Shown in pieces: positions 45,350 to 64,000 of a stretch of DNA of 64,000 nucleotides. This DNA comes from Chrysomallon squamiferum (lineage: Eukaryota > Animalia > Mollusca), in assembly GCA_012295275.1 (NCBI GenBank), contig CM022671.1, positions 30,194,001 to 30,258,000 on the forward strand. Reading direction: 5' to 3'. Position 1 is the stretch's first letter. The number at the start of each line of letters is the position of its first letter. Under the pieces are notes generated by a model, which did not search any database, had not been told where the DNA came from, and saw nothing but the letters and a program-made list of their open reading frames with translations. Both the position numbers and the translations under genes were made by a program.

Positions 45350-45990
45350 TTAATACCAGCGTGTATTAAATTGCGAAAGCAGTCAGCATGTGTGCATTAA
45401 TCGATTGAAGGCAATCTTTCAAGTTGGTGTGCTAATGCAACATTAAAGGCAAACCGGCAAGTCAAAGCTTGCTGCCTACGTCACAGCAACGAACGATTTT
45501 GATTGGCTGGGTTGGCAACGAGTTTTAGCATGTCGGCTTTCGCCGATATAAGATGCCGAAACGATTGGAGCTCGGTAAACCGGCTTGCTTCATGCTGAAG
45601 ATACTAGACTTACACAATCTCTGACCAAAGTCTCGGACAGGTAAAAACAATTTATTTTTATTTAATTATAACACAGATTCGAAGGATATCTTCTTCAATC
45701 AATTTTTCAGGACCCGACTGAAACTGTTCACACCGCAGTCACTTCCTGATTTGTTGGATTATTCGTTTTTGTTAACGTATACATCTTTTTTATTTTACCT
45801 GATGTAGTTTTATCGTGAGGTTACTAAACTCACCCATAAATATGTCTTTACTGTGACATCAAGGCCGAGCATTCTACACGTGACCTAGTTTTTCGCCTTT
45901 GAAGTGTTGAAGGTCGCCAATGAACTCTGACCTGACCTACTCTCCTTGAGAGAAGTGGGCGTGGCAGATGAAATTTACTTGCGGTTGCTG
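45350..45990 (+). promoter_or_regulatory. Candidate PARP3 promoter, non-coding first exon and first-intron motif cluster
   Basis: CpG-retaining patch with TACGTCA (45477), inverted CCAAT (GATTGG, 45501), GTTGGCAAC (45511), donor CAG|gtaaaa at 45640/45641, CACTTCCTG (45740), CACGTGACC (45877), TGAACTcTGACCT (45921) and GGGCGTGGC (45957). The first coding exon has an acceptor only 10 nt before the ATG, implying an upstream exon. Confidence 0.6.
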
Positions 45991-46586
45991 TTTAGATTTA
46001 TACATAACAACCATTCACATAATATTATTTCCTTTGCTAGATTCTTTTCTTTTGAATCAAGGCCATCGGAAATAATTTATTAAATCAATTCTTTATCTAT
46101 CTATCTATCTGTCTAAATAACTTCACAGTTTTCATGCTGTTTATTTATTAACATAATATTTTATTATTATTTATGTTGTAGTTAAGGTTAAAATAAAACA
46201 ATAAATCCACAGAACTTACACACAAATATACATGCAACACATATACACAGACATACATAAATATTCATACATAAATACACATATATAATTACATATACAC
46301 ATACATACATGCATACATACATGGACATATACTTTGTACTAATTAACAGGATACATTAAATATAAATGAAATGTTTTACATGTGTCAGCCTAGTTTAAGG
46401 TCAAATGATCAAAAGAATCAAGGAAACATATTTACTTGGCAAAAGATGTGGTATAGTTGGAACAGGATTTTAATTAAAAATTATTACTGTTATAATGATC
46501 AAACAAATTTCATTATAAAGATGATGGTGCACTGGTTGACCTATTACAGTTATTATATGCAAAGGATGTACAGATTATTATTATTA

Positions 46587-46633
<47 letters not shown>

Positions 46634-46901
46634 CTTTTATTTATTTTTATTCTATTTTATTTTTTATATTATTTTTTTTTTTTTTAATTATTATTATTTA
46701 TTTATTATTTTAATTTTTTTTTATTACTTTCATTTATTTATTTATTTAGTATTTAAAATTTATTATTATTATTATTATTATTTTTTAAACTTTTATTAAT
46801 TATTGTAATTTTTTTTTTTTTTTTTTTTTGTACTGGCAAAGATGCACTTTTCAACAGTTTTCACATCATTTTCTGTATCTACTTGTATCACTAACCAAAC
46901 A

Positions 46902-46933
<32 letters not shown>

Positions 46934-47678
46934 TTTTTTTTGATTCATAGTATACATACAACTATTTTTTGTGTTACTGGTAGTAAGCACACACTCAGTT
47001 TGCCAAGGTCACAGTTATAGACTGAAAACATACAAAGTGTCCAGTAGCACTGACTTGAGATTTTATGTAAAGATTAAAACTGAAACTGTATATATATATA
47101 TATTCTTTTTATCAATAGTTGTTGTTGTTGTTGTTGTTAGTGATTCTGCCACCTTATCAACAGAGATTTCTAATAATTAAAAATATAATCTTTAAATACT
47201 GTTTACACAACATGCTTACACATGACAGCCTATAATCAATACCTGTGGTTATAATTATGAATAAACTGCCCAGTAAAATATCTCTATACTCTTTTTTTTC
47301 CATTGTTTTGTCTTGACCTATTAAGGTTATTAATACATGGAAAATATATGAAGACTGTTATTTACTTTTTAATATATGCCTTTATTTCATGCACTTTAGT
47401 AACACCTGGGAGGTGCTCACGTCAGTGTCTATACCTACTCATATCCCTTTACAAACACAGTGATTGTAACTTCACAATAGACACCTACAGCCACTTTTGT
47501 GTGTCACTGGCCTATTTTCTGTTGAAGTAAACACACAGACAGTCTGTCAAGATCTCAGTTACAGACTGAAAACTATTCAGGGTGTCTCACTTGGTGTACA
47601 CTTTTGTTGCAAAGGTTGTAAGGAAAACTGACTGAAAGTGGATATAGATGGGTGTCTGTACATATGTATTAAATACAT

Positions 47679-47716
<38 letters not shown>

Positions 47717-48254
47717 GTTATTGTTATTATTATTGTTATTATTGTTATTAATATTATTATTTAATAACTTAATTAATACATGAACTGAGATGTTAATATT
47801 TTAATTAGCTTCTTTTTACTACTACTACTACAACTACTACTATAACTTCTACTACTTCCTTAGTTATTCTGCTACTACTACTACTGCTACTAGTATTACT
47901 GTTACTGTTACTGCTAGTACTGCTACAGTTTGAAGATGTGAGAAATCAAACAACTTACAAAGTTTTAATATTTAGAAAAGTTAAACATTAAAAGCAAAAT
48001 TCCTCCCCTCCATAAAGTATCACATATGTGGATCTTAATAATATCTTTGGGAGTACATATTTTTGTAGTGTATGTTTGTGGGTGTATATGTATGTAGCTG
48101 TATTATGTATGTATGTATCAGATTAAATGTAAGTATATATTTGTATTTTATCTATTATGCCATCATCTCAGCATGTTTATTAGCTCTCATGCACTGGTTA
48201 GAACGGGATATCATGATAATTTATTTTTATTTTTTTTTCCCCAGCTAATTCAAG

Positions 48255-54465
<6,211 letters not shown>

Positions 54466-54520
54466 TCTGAAACCTGTTTTGGTTTCAGATGAAAAACATA
54501 AAAATCAGTTAGATAGTATC

Positions 54521-54553
<33 letters not shown>

Positions 54554-56057
54554 GAAAAACAAAATTCAGTACAACCTGTTTTATTTAGTATTTAAAATAT
54601 TTTAAATCTGGTTTTGGTTAGTGAAGAAGAAAAAATCTGAAACTAGTTTCTGTTGTTTATCAATAAAGAGACAAAGGAGATATTTATTAAATTTGTTCAT
54701 TTTGTATATATATTTGTTTTAATTTATTACTCACCTTAAATTAGTGTTGTATGCATTTTATGTAACTTAAAAAATAAACTTTATCTGTTTTTTTCTATAC
54801 ATACAACCTTTATCAAGTAAATCGTAATTTTTTAATCTATTGAATAAATTTTATCTAGCATAATATGTAGATTTGATCTAGAATATTGTATACATTTTAT
54901 CAAACTCAATACATCTTATTATATAGCTTATCTAGTATACTGTATAAATTTTATCTAGTGTATTATATATTTTTTATTTATCATATTGTCTGTGTTTTAT
55001 CGACTTTGAGAAATTTTATCTGGTGTATTGTATACAGTTTTCTAGCTTATTATATAAATTTTACCATATTATGTCTATATGCTGTGTTCATCATGTTATT
55101 TGTGGCCATGTTAAGCTTTTTCATTATCTCTGTCTGTCTGCCTAACATTGCTATTATGTGTATCATTTAGATTTGAATTCTTGGAATTACAATGTCCAAA
55201 TTTCATACAGTTTTCTACATAAATTTGCAGTTATTTTTCGAATTGCACACATTATATTTGTATGCTGTACAATTGTTTGTAGTGTGTACATTTTGTGTTT
55301 GTATATTGTGTAAAATTGTATTCTGTGTCCATATAGTGTAGATTATGTGTTTGTATTGTATAAATATGTGTTCTAAAATAAGTGTTCGTATTCTGTAGAT
55401 GTCTGTAATCTGTAAATACGTGTGTTTGTGTTTTATAGATTTGTGTTTTTATTTCATAGATAGATGATTATATACTTTCTAGCTTTTGTGTTTGTAATTT
55501 TTAGAACAGTGGTTTGTCCACTGTAGATGTGTGTGTTTCGTATAAACAGAAAAATCACTAACAAGCTTCATCTTTTCTAATGTGAAATGTTTCATGACAT
55601 CATTTCATGCTGTTGTGATACTGAAACTTACTTTGCAGTTCAGACTTTTCAAGATAAGTTTTGTTCTTAGCATGTTCTCACCTGTAGCATTTTTTTTTTT
55701 TCTCTGTTGAAAACATAACACTGGCGGCCATTTTGAATTTAACCAAATTACAGAACAAGATCACTGTATTCGGAATTGGATATAAATTCAGAACTAGATT
55801 TGGATTCATTACTGAATTTAGATTCAGAACTGTGTTTAGGCATTAGTCAAAAAGATTACAGACATTTAGACATTATTTTAAAATATTTACAGCTTAAAGA
55901 TGGACATAAGCACAGGCCAAATAAACATACAGCTTGCAAAACGAAAACAAAAACAAATAATAAGAAAAAAACAAACAAACAATTACAATAAAATACAAAT
56001 AATAATAATAACAATAACAACAACAACAACAAAAGCAATAAAATGCTACTACTATTG

Positions 56058-56091
<34 letters not shown>

Positions 56092-56382
56092 TAATAACAA
56101 CAACAACAATAAATACAACAAAAACAATAAAAACGTTAAATAAATAAACAAACAAGCGAGCAAACAAGCAAACATTCAGAGTGGGTTGTGGCTGTCAGTG
56201 TTGTGTTATCGGCAGACACACCAATAATTGTGTGAGTTTTATTTTGTGCTCTTGGCTTAGCGTGACTGTGATAGCCTTCAGACGGGCGGGTCGGGAGGCG
56301 ACCTCGGTCATTGCACTGCATTGACTGGCTCATCAGTGGGACTGTGATGAGAGACTAGCATAGTTATCTACCCTGACACGCA

Positions 56383-56400
56383 TGTCGCCAGGTGGCGCTT
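56383..56400 (+). promoter_or_regulatory. CTCF-like binding motif in a small GC/CpG-rich patch
   Basis: TGTCGCCAGGTGGCGCTT resembles the CTCF core CCASYAGRKGGCRS; motif match by eye only. Confidence 0.5.
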
Positions 56401-59149
56401 TATTGGAATCATGGCATTTTCTCAGTACTGGCTGGTTGCTTTTTAGGGTGTTTTTGAAATTTGAAATTGAAATATTTTTTTTTTTTATTATTATTTTTTT
56501 TTTTATAGTTTTTTAGGTATTTAGGTTTTTTTCAATTTTTGAATTTTATGGGTTTTTTTTAATTTATTTAATTTTTTTCTCTCATTTTTGGACAGGTTTT
56601 GGAGGAATTTAATTATTATATATTTTGTGATTTAATAATATTAGGCTTTACTTAAGCAAAACTGAAGTTAAATAAGAATGAATTTGTTTAACTTAAATAT
56701 CGTTTATTAATTTAAAAACAAAAAAAGGAAATATAATAAATATATTTAAAAAATAAAAAGAATATTAATAATTATAATATTTGAGATTCCTGAATTCATA
56801 AAATCAGATTAAAAGTTCTTGAATTAATGTTTTTCTTTTTTTTCTTTTTTCTCTCCAATATCTATTTAATAGGTGACATCAAATTATTTATCAAAATTTA
56901 AAACCAATGTGTTGGAAAACTGCTATGTTTCTGCTAAAGAATACCAGCGATATGTTACAGGGAATTTAATTTTTAAATGTCGTTAAAGAAAAAAAATTAA
57001 AACAAAGTCTGTGATTCTTCCACTTTCCATTACCATGTTTTTTTCATAATAATTCTCCCCATTAACATTCTTCATATTAACATTTTTCATCATTCATCGT
57101 TACCTTCATAACCATTTCATTACATTACTAAAAGTATGACCTGTTTCATGAAAAGGCACATATGCATGGCCCATTAACCAACATCATCATTATCATTTTG
57201 GGCAAAATCCTAAACATGTTATTTCTACATCTTCCTGACTTGTACTGTCTATTAAAATAAAATTTCACCTTTAGATAATTAAACCGACTAATATGTGTTT
57301 TTTATTTTTAAGTTCTTATATTTCAGAGTACAGTATTATCCAATAAGCTTATTAATACACAGATTTAAGCTATTCAGTTCTGTTTAGATCCAGATGCAAA
57401 ATATTTTCCAAATATTCAGCTAAGACTATGAAAGTGTTAGAATATGTGTTTATAAGTGGATAGACCGAATTTTCATTAACCTTTATCTGGAAATAAAACA
57501 AAATAATTTAAGTAAAATTTTTTTACAAAAGCATGCAATATTCGCATTAACTTTGGTTGGTAATAAAATAAATTATTTTTAGAAAATATTTTTATAGTTT
57601 GATGCATATGCAGTGTTCTGAATGGATGGTACAAATAGCATGCATATGGTGTACATATGTTCCCTTTTCATGTGATGGGTCACAGTTAGTTGTGTATTGA
57701 TTGCACACTCATTGATGTGTCTAATGTGTGGTAGTTTATCATCCAATCCCATAGCTTTTGTCCATGTTGTGTAACCATAGTAACCAGGCAGCAGAATGCA
57801 GAAGTACTTTATAAAAAAAAATTATATATTTATATTTTTATTATTATTATTATTTTATAATGGAAGAAAAAAAAAAAATAATAAAAAAAAAATAACTAAA
57901 TAAATAATAATAAGAAGAAATATAAATAAAACAAAAATAATATAATTAAAAATAGTAATAATATTAGATAAATAAAATGTTTAATAATAAATACAAAAAG
58001 TAAATAAATAAACAAACAAACAAATAAAACATAAATAAAGGAACAAAAGCTTGTAATAAATGGCAGAAAATTTGTTCTTACCTTCACAATATAGAAAAAA
58101 ATACAATTTGATTTTAAAAAATGTCACATCTTCTTTTATCCATTAAAATAAATTATCTTAGTTATAGAAGTCTCATGCAATCTGTTGCCCTAATCTTGCT
58201 GTACTATACTAGTATACAATGTATGTGTGTATATATATATTTCTGTTTCATATACCAGTTATTCCATACATGTTAATAATTTATGTAATTATATCATATA
58301 ACAGTTGTGTAAGATAATTTCTCTGATGTTGTGTACTAGATTCAGTATAACTAATAACTGCAATTAACATTATTTTGTCTATGTGTATGATTAAAATACA
58401 TCTGTATATACACTTTTTAAGGCACCTTTTTTTTCTTCTTTTTTTTACACTTTTCATGAAAAATGCTTCATCATGTTGTTAATAAATGACGTCCATTTTG
58501 GTACCTAATTCATCAGAGGTGTTATCAGTCATTACTGACAAACAGTAAAACACTTGATCATTGGCAGCCTATATAACAATCACATCAGCCAACCACTGTA
58601 TTTATATATTTATTTTTGTAAGTGTACAGCAAATGATAATCTTGCTAATAATAATCATATCAGCTAATCTTTTTCCTGAAAGTTCCATACAGCAATCAAA
58701 CTGACCAGTGACAGTCAGGTTAACAAGTAAATCAGCCAGTCTTTGCTGATGCTGTAAAGTAATCTACCAATGACGGCCTTGCTAACAATCAATTCAGCCA
58801 ATCATTGCCAACCTATCATACTGTTTGTATCTTGTGTAATTCCACCATGTTAGTGCACAAAGAAAATAAATAAATGTGTCATATATAATAATAATAATAA
58901 TATATGGTGATCAGACTGGAAGGCAGAGCTGCCTTGACAGACTCAGAATGTAAATGTTTTCACATGCGGTGAACTGTTACTTATCTCAATGTATATTTAT
59001 TTTGAGGCTTGGTTTGCATCTTTGTATATTTTATAAATGTGTGTTATGCATGTTTGATTATTTTGATTATATTTGTATATTTTTTTAACCACTGTGTATA
59101 TGAATTATGACTGTTGATATATATGTATCTATATATATATATATATAAG

Positions 59150-59181
<32 letters not shown>

Positions 59182-59315
59182 AGCATTAAATAGAAATATT
59201 ATTAACATCTAGATAAAGGGTTTAACCAGTCTTGAACCTTGTTCCTTTGGCATACTAATGACATCTGTGCCTTTTACTGCATTCTAGAAAATTAAATGGA
59301 AAGTTTTAAATATAA

Positions 59316-59318
<3 letters not shown>

Positions 59319-59407
<89 letters not shown>
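59319..59407. repeat. (CT)n microsatellite
   Basis: Perfect run. Confidence 0.98.
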
Positions 59408-59409
<2 letters not shown>

Positions 59410-59410
<1 letters not shown>

Positions 59411-59684
59411 AGAATATCTTAAATGTAATATCAGGTTTTGAACAATGTTATATGGAAGATCTTACAATGTAATATCAAATTTTAAACAATGTTATATAGA
59501 ATATCTTACAGTGTAATATCATGTTTTAAATAATGTTATATAGAATATCTTACAGTGTAATGTCATGTTTTAAATAATGTTATATAGAATATCTTACAAT
59601 GTAATATCTGGTTTTAAACAATGTTATATAGAATATCTTACAGTGTAATGTCAGGTTTTGAATTATCTTATATAGAATATCTTA
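59410..59684. repeat. 44-bp minisatellite, about 6 units
   Basis: tagaatatcttacagtgtaatatcatgttttaaataatgttata at 59497, 59541, 59585 and degenerate flanking units. Confidence 0.92.
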
Positions 59685-59790
59685 ACAGTTTTTGGACAGT
59701 ATATTATAGAATATAATTATGATATAATAAATAAATAAATAAATATGATTATTTTCGAAATGAAACAGGTTATAGTTCCAAAAGAGCTAA

Positions 59791-60045
59791 TTCCCAATCC
59801 AACCAGTGCCTCAGAACTGGTTTATCAAAATCTGTGGTATGTGCTTTCCTATCAGTGGGAAGGTGCATGTAAAAAAAAAACTTACTGCTAAAATGTGTTT
59901 TATCTCATATCATTATGCAATAAAACATTTAAAAAATGACCAAAAAAACCCTCACACATATCTTTGACACCAAACTTAATACAACATCTCTCACATTTGT
60001 AATCATGGATGCTGTATGTATTTTAGGTGTCATTAAGCAATGTTT
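59791..60045 (+). mobile_element. Decayed SINE-like copy (conserved central domain + 3' tail)
   Basis: ttcccaatccaaccagtgcctcagaactggtttatcaaaatctgtggtatgtgctttcctatcagtgggaaggtgcatgtaaaa...cttactgcta; related fragments at 30829, 33494 and 33878. Confidence 0.6.
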
Positions 60046-60499
60046 TTTTTGTTTTTTTCCATTTATAATATAAAACCATTTATGTATGTTATCCAAGTTG
60101 TTTAATTTGTTTCATTATTATATTCTTATTGGGTGTTGGTTTACTGTTTTTGTTTGTTGATTGTTACTTTTTTTTAAATTTAAATTAGAAATGGGCAATT
60201 AATTGACTGTTAGTTGGAGAATGAATTAGCTGTTTTATGTTTTTATAGTTTATTATATAATATATAGATATATATTTGAAAGAAGGGTATATATAGTTAT
60301 TAATATGTTGTTGTTTTTTTTAAATTAATTTTATAAACATTTCTTTACATATACATACACTGAGACATACATACATACATACATAAAAGAAACATTCATA
60401 CATACCTATACATTTACACACACACACACATATATATAAGCACATAATACATACACTTATATATACATATATACATATTCATACATATAACACCTGTAT

Positions 60500-60666
60500 A
60501 CATATATAAATAACCACATAATATATACATGTATACATACATAAATAAACACATAATATATACATGTATACATGCAAACATAAATAACCACATAATATAT
60601 ACATGCATTCATACATATATAAATGACCACATAATATAAACATGTATTCATACATACATGTATTCA
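60500..60666. repeat. Degenerate 35-39-bp repeat, about 4 units
   Basis: Recurring taaataaccacataatatatacatgtatacataca. Confidence 0.85.
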
Positions 60667-60893
60667 AACTGTTAGATTGTTTGTTACTGTTACTTATAAA
60701 GTTTACCTATTTCATTTTTATTAATTGTTCAGGTAGAATAGTTGTTGTTGTTTACATAAGTAAATAAATATTGTCTGTTTGTTGCAGTATTTGTATATTG
60801 TATGCATTGTTATTATCTGCTTTGTCTTCTTATATAACTTACTTAAGTTCAGTGAAAATGTTAGTTACTGAAAAAAGGAAAAGAAAAAAAAAA

Positions 60894-60941
<48 letters not shown>

Positions 60942-61460
60942 TATAAATTTATAAATTTATACTTTTTACATTGCTGACTTGCATAATTATGTCCCTTTCC
61001 AGCTTGGTAATCAGGAGTTAGTTCCCTTAGGCTAGTGTTTTGATCATATCAATAAATAAATAAATTCATGAAAGCATTTGAAAGAAAGAGAAACAACTTT
61101 TTCTTTTCTTTTCTTTTTTTTTTTTTTTCTTTTAGATTTGTTCGTATTTTTCCTAAAGCTGCACTATAAATATAACCTGCACGTTTATTTCTTCTTCAAG
61201 ACATTATTCGCTAGATGCTTCAAACCATTTACCACATACGTTTTGTAAAGAGCGAATTGTTGTATAGTTGTTGTTGTTGAAATTATCTGGGCAAACATAT
61301 TCCTGTTTTATTTATATACTCTTCTACGTACGGTTCATTTTCAAGATATTCGTCTGGTTTTATTTGTTTATTCTTATTACTGCTACATTACTTATATGAT
61401 GGTATTTCATTTTTTTTCCCCCATTTTCTGATGGTTTTATTTCTATAGCTAGGCATTTTT

Positions 61461-61496
<36 letters not shown>

Positions 61497-61744
61497 TGTA
61501 ATACTAATAAAGGTGCATTCATACTTAGCTGGTCAAATAACATTAAGCTGCTTGATGTTTTTGTTATTATAGCTATTTTCACTGTGCCATTTCTTTCTTT
61601 TATTTTTATTTCAAAATTATTATCTTTTCTTGTGCAATGTCTGGTAATGATAAAGCAGGATATTAATTAACGAATGAAAAACAGTCTAGTAATAATTTTA
61701 ATATTTCAACGTCATCATTCTTTAATCCTCATATCCATTGAAAG

Positions 61745-62155
61745 CATTTTCTCTTCAATTTCTTTTTCTTCTTCCATTTTTTGATATATATTTTTTTTTG
61801 ATTTGGTAAACAAGCAGTTTAATATCAAATAAGTTTTAAATAAATAATAATAATAACAAAAAAAAATAATAAATAAATTTAAAAATTTCGCTTTTTAATG
61901 ATTATAATAATTCATAATATTAACCAGCTCTATGAAATTCCATTTTATCAAACATTTTTCTCTTCTTCTGATTCCTTTTTTTTTTTTTTTTTTTTTTTAA
62001 ATTTTGTAAACAAGCAGTTTAATATATAATAAATTTTAAATAAATAATAATAAAACTTTTTTTTTTTTTTTAAATGATCGCTATTAATGATTATAATAAT
62101 TCATAATATTAACCAGTTCTACGTCAGGTTTTAAATTCTATTTTATCAAACATTC
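61745..62155. repeat. Diverged tandem duplication, about 200 bp x2
   Basis: gtaaacaagcagtttaatat at 61806 and 62006; ttaatgattataataattcataatattaaccag and ttttatcaaacatt each occur twice in the same order. Confidence 0.88.
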
Positions 62156-64000
62156 TAATGATATTTCACCTGTCAAGATCATACAGAAACAAACAACAAT
62201 GCAAAATGTTACCTCAGCACATGAATGCACCTTTAAGAAAACAAAATATTCCGGTTCAAAACGATCCCAACGAAATTCACCAAAAAACAAAAAAAAAAAA
62301 AAAAAATTCCTGCCACAACACGGCATTGGTTGTGAAATATCCATCTTCGAAAGCCTCGATACCATTGTAACCTCGTTTGCAGAATTATTCTGTGTGTTCG
62401 AAACCATTTAACAGTTCAACCATTACGTATACACGTCATGTAATCGCAAATTAAAGTACATCGAGTGTATTGTTAAATATAACATTTCTTCGTTCTTTTC
62501 TTTCTTCTTTCTTCCTTCATGCATTAATTTATTTTTCTTAAATGAAATGTGGAAACATTCAGTATTCTTATTTTTGGGGAAGATGATTTTTTTTTTTTTT
62601 TTTTTTTTTATTCCCACTTCGGTGAAATTCGTTTCATCTTGAAAATTATATAATACGCAAATTATGGCGCGTTACTTTTCTGTAATTCTGGAGTCGTCTC
62701 TTTCTGTTATATATAATGAATGGTATCTTGGCTTGTATGAATAACACCAAGCTATGTGTCTGCGTGTATTTGCTAAACTTACCACGTGGTGTATGTGTGT
62801 GTAAAAAGTGAAATAAAAGCAGTGAACTGAACAAAGTGTTTGTCGATATTTTGTTTATCTTTAATGTATATAATAAAAATAATAATAATAAAAAAATAAA
62901 AAAAAAATAATAATAATAGTAGTAGTAAATTATGTTTAATTATTTTATTTTGTTTTGTTTTGTTTTAATTAATTAATTCGTTAATTTATTTATTTAATTT
63001 TTCATCATTAGTTTATTTGTATAAAATGAACTTCTCAAAATCAAAGTCAGTTTAGTTCTTTAAATACATGCATTTATAAATAAATAAATAAATAAATAAA
63101 TAAATATCACACAGAAAAGAAAAAATTAATTAAAAAGTACAATATCACTGGAGGTATAACCAAAACATATTTAGACTGCCATTAGAAATACACTCTACTA
63201 CTGCGGTAAGCAATTACAAACAAATTTGTTTTCAGAGTTTTATTTTTATACAGTCATAAAACAAACAGAAATAAATTATATCAAAAGACAAACAGCGACA
63301 TCATACATCTCTCTGTTTTAAGAATCAGCAAGTGTTAAAACAGTAATATATCAGATAGGGAAGATTATTTTTTTTTTTTTTACATTCTTTAAACAAAACA
63401 AATTAATATATATGTGTGAATTCTTCGTATTTAAACGTAAAATCAATTTCCAGTTAACAATATGCTATTTTCCTATTATCCGAAATAGAGAAATGTATTT
63501 ATTGTATATGACTTGAGGAATAAATTTCAAATTTCCCCAAGTCTTTGTATTCAAATATAAGCTTATCTTTCAAATAAAGATAAGTTATTTAACTGTTAGG
63601 GGAAATATACTTGATTTTGTTGGATTAACAATATTTCGTTGCTAAAAAAAAAAAAAAAAAAAAATAAAAAAAAAAATATTCGTGGTTGAAACAAATTCTT
63701 CAAAAAAAATCAGTACTGCAAATAAAGATAACTATATACTTTTGTTTGCCATCAGAATTTATATTTATATTTGAATAACGAATTTTGTTTTCCTTTTTTG
63801 ATAACGATGCCTTAAAAATCACAATCATGATGATCATAATAAAAATAATAACTACTCCACAAAACCTCACAATATTGCAAAGAAAGTCAGCTGTGAAAAA
63901 AAACAAAAAACCACATCATAATTATCAAGTTAGTTTTCAAGCTGCGTTTTTATGACTTTAACAATGTAATTGTCTTTCTTGGAAACCTCTCTTGTATATG

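Noticed and set aside
54522-54551. A-run after the PARP3 stop as evidence of a processed retrocopy
   Set aside because: The gene has nine introns within its CDS, and long A/T runs are common throughout the window.
61285-61296. ATC TGG GCA (IWA) as the missing ERC terminal exon
   Set aside because: Not followed by a stop codon, and it lies beyond the PARP3 gene.
62138-62411. Overlapping short ORFs in CpG-retaining DNA as a fourth gene
   Set aside because: They run through homopolymer tracts, show no recognisable homology and form no consistent exon chain.

Overview
AT-rich, microsatellite-dense eukaryotic (metazoan, probably molluscan; taxon is inference) genomic DNA with three spliced genes that the ORF track mostly misses. 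(1) The 5' part of RAD52 on the minus strand: 4 coding exons, 1178->248, running off the left edge. (2) A complete ERC/ELKS/CAST/Bruchpilot-family coiled-coil gene on the plus strand: 15 coding exons, 3537..34668, about 1076 aa, head-to-head with RAD52. (3) A complete PARP3 gene on the plus strand: 10 coding exons, 48255..54465, about 540 aa, WGR + regulatory + catalytic domains with the H-Y-E triad. All exon chains were assembled by hand, with GT-AG boundaries and consistent phases. The most notable observation is the divergent RAD52<->ERC pair, the same arrangement as human RAD52/ERC1, with PARP3 as the next gene. Other features: a 24-bp minisatellite starting exactly at a PARP3 splice donor, an ERC C-terminus lacking the IWA motif, decayed SINE-like copies, several tandem duplications, a CTCF-like motif and a mosaic CpG pattern. 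No prokaryotic systems, CRISPR arrays or RNA genes were seen.
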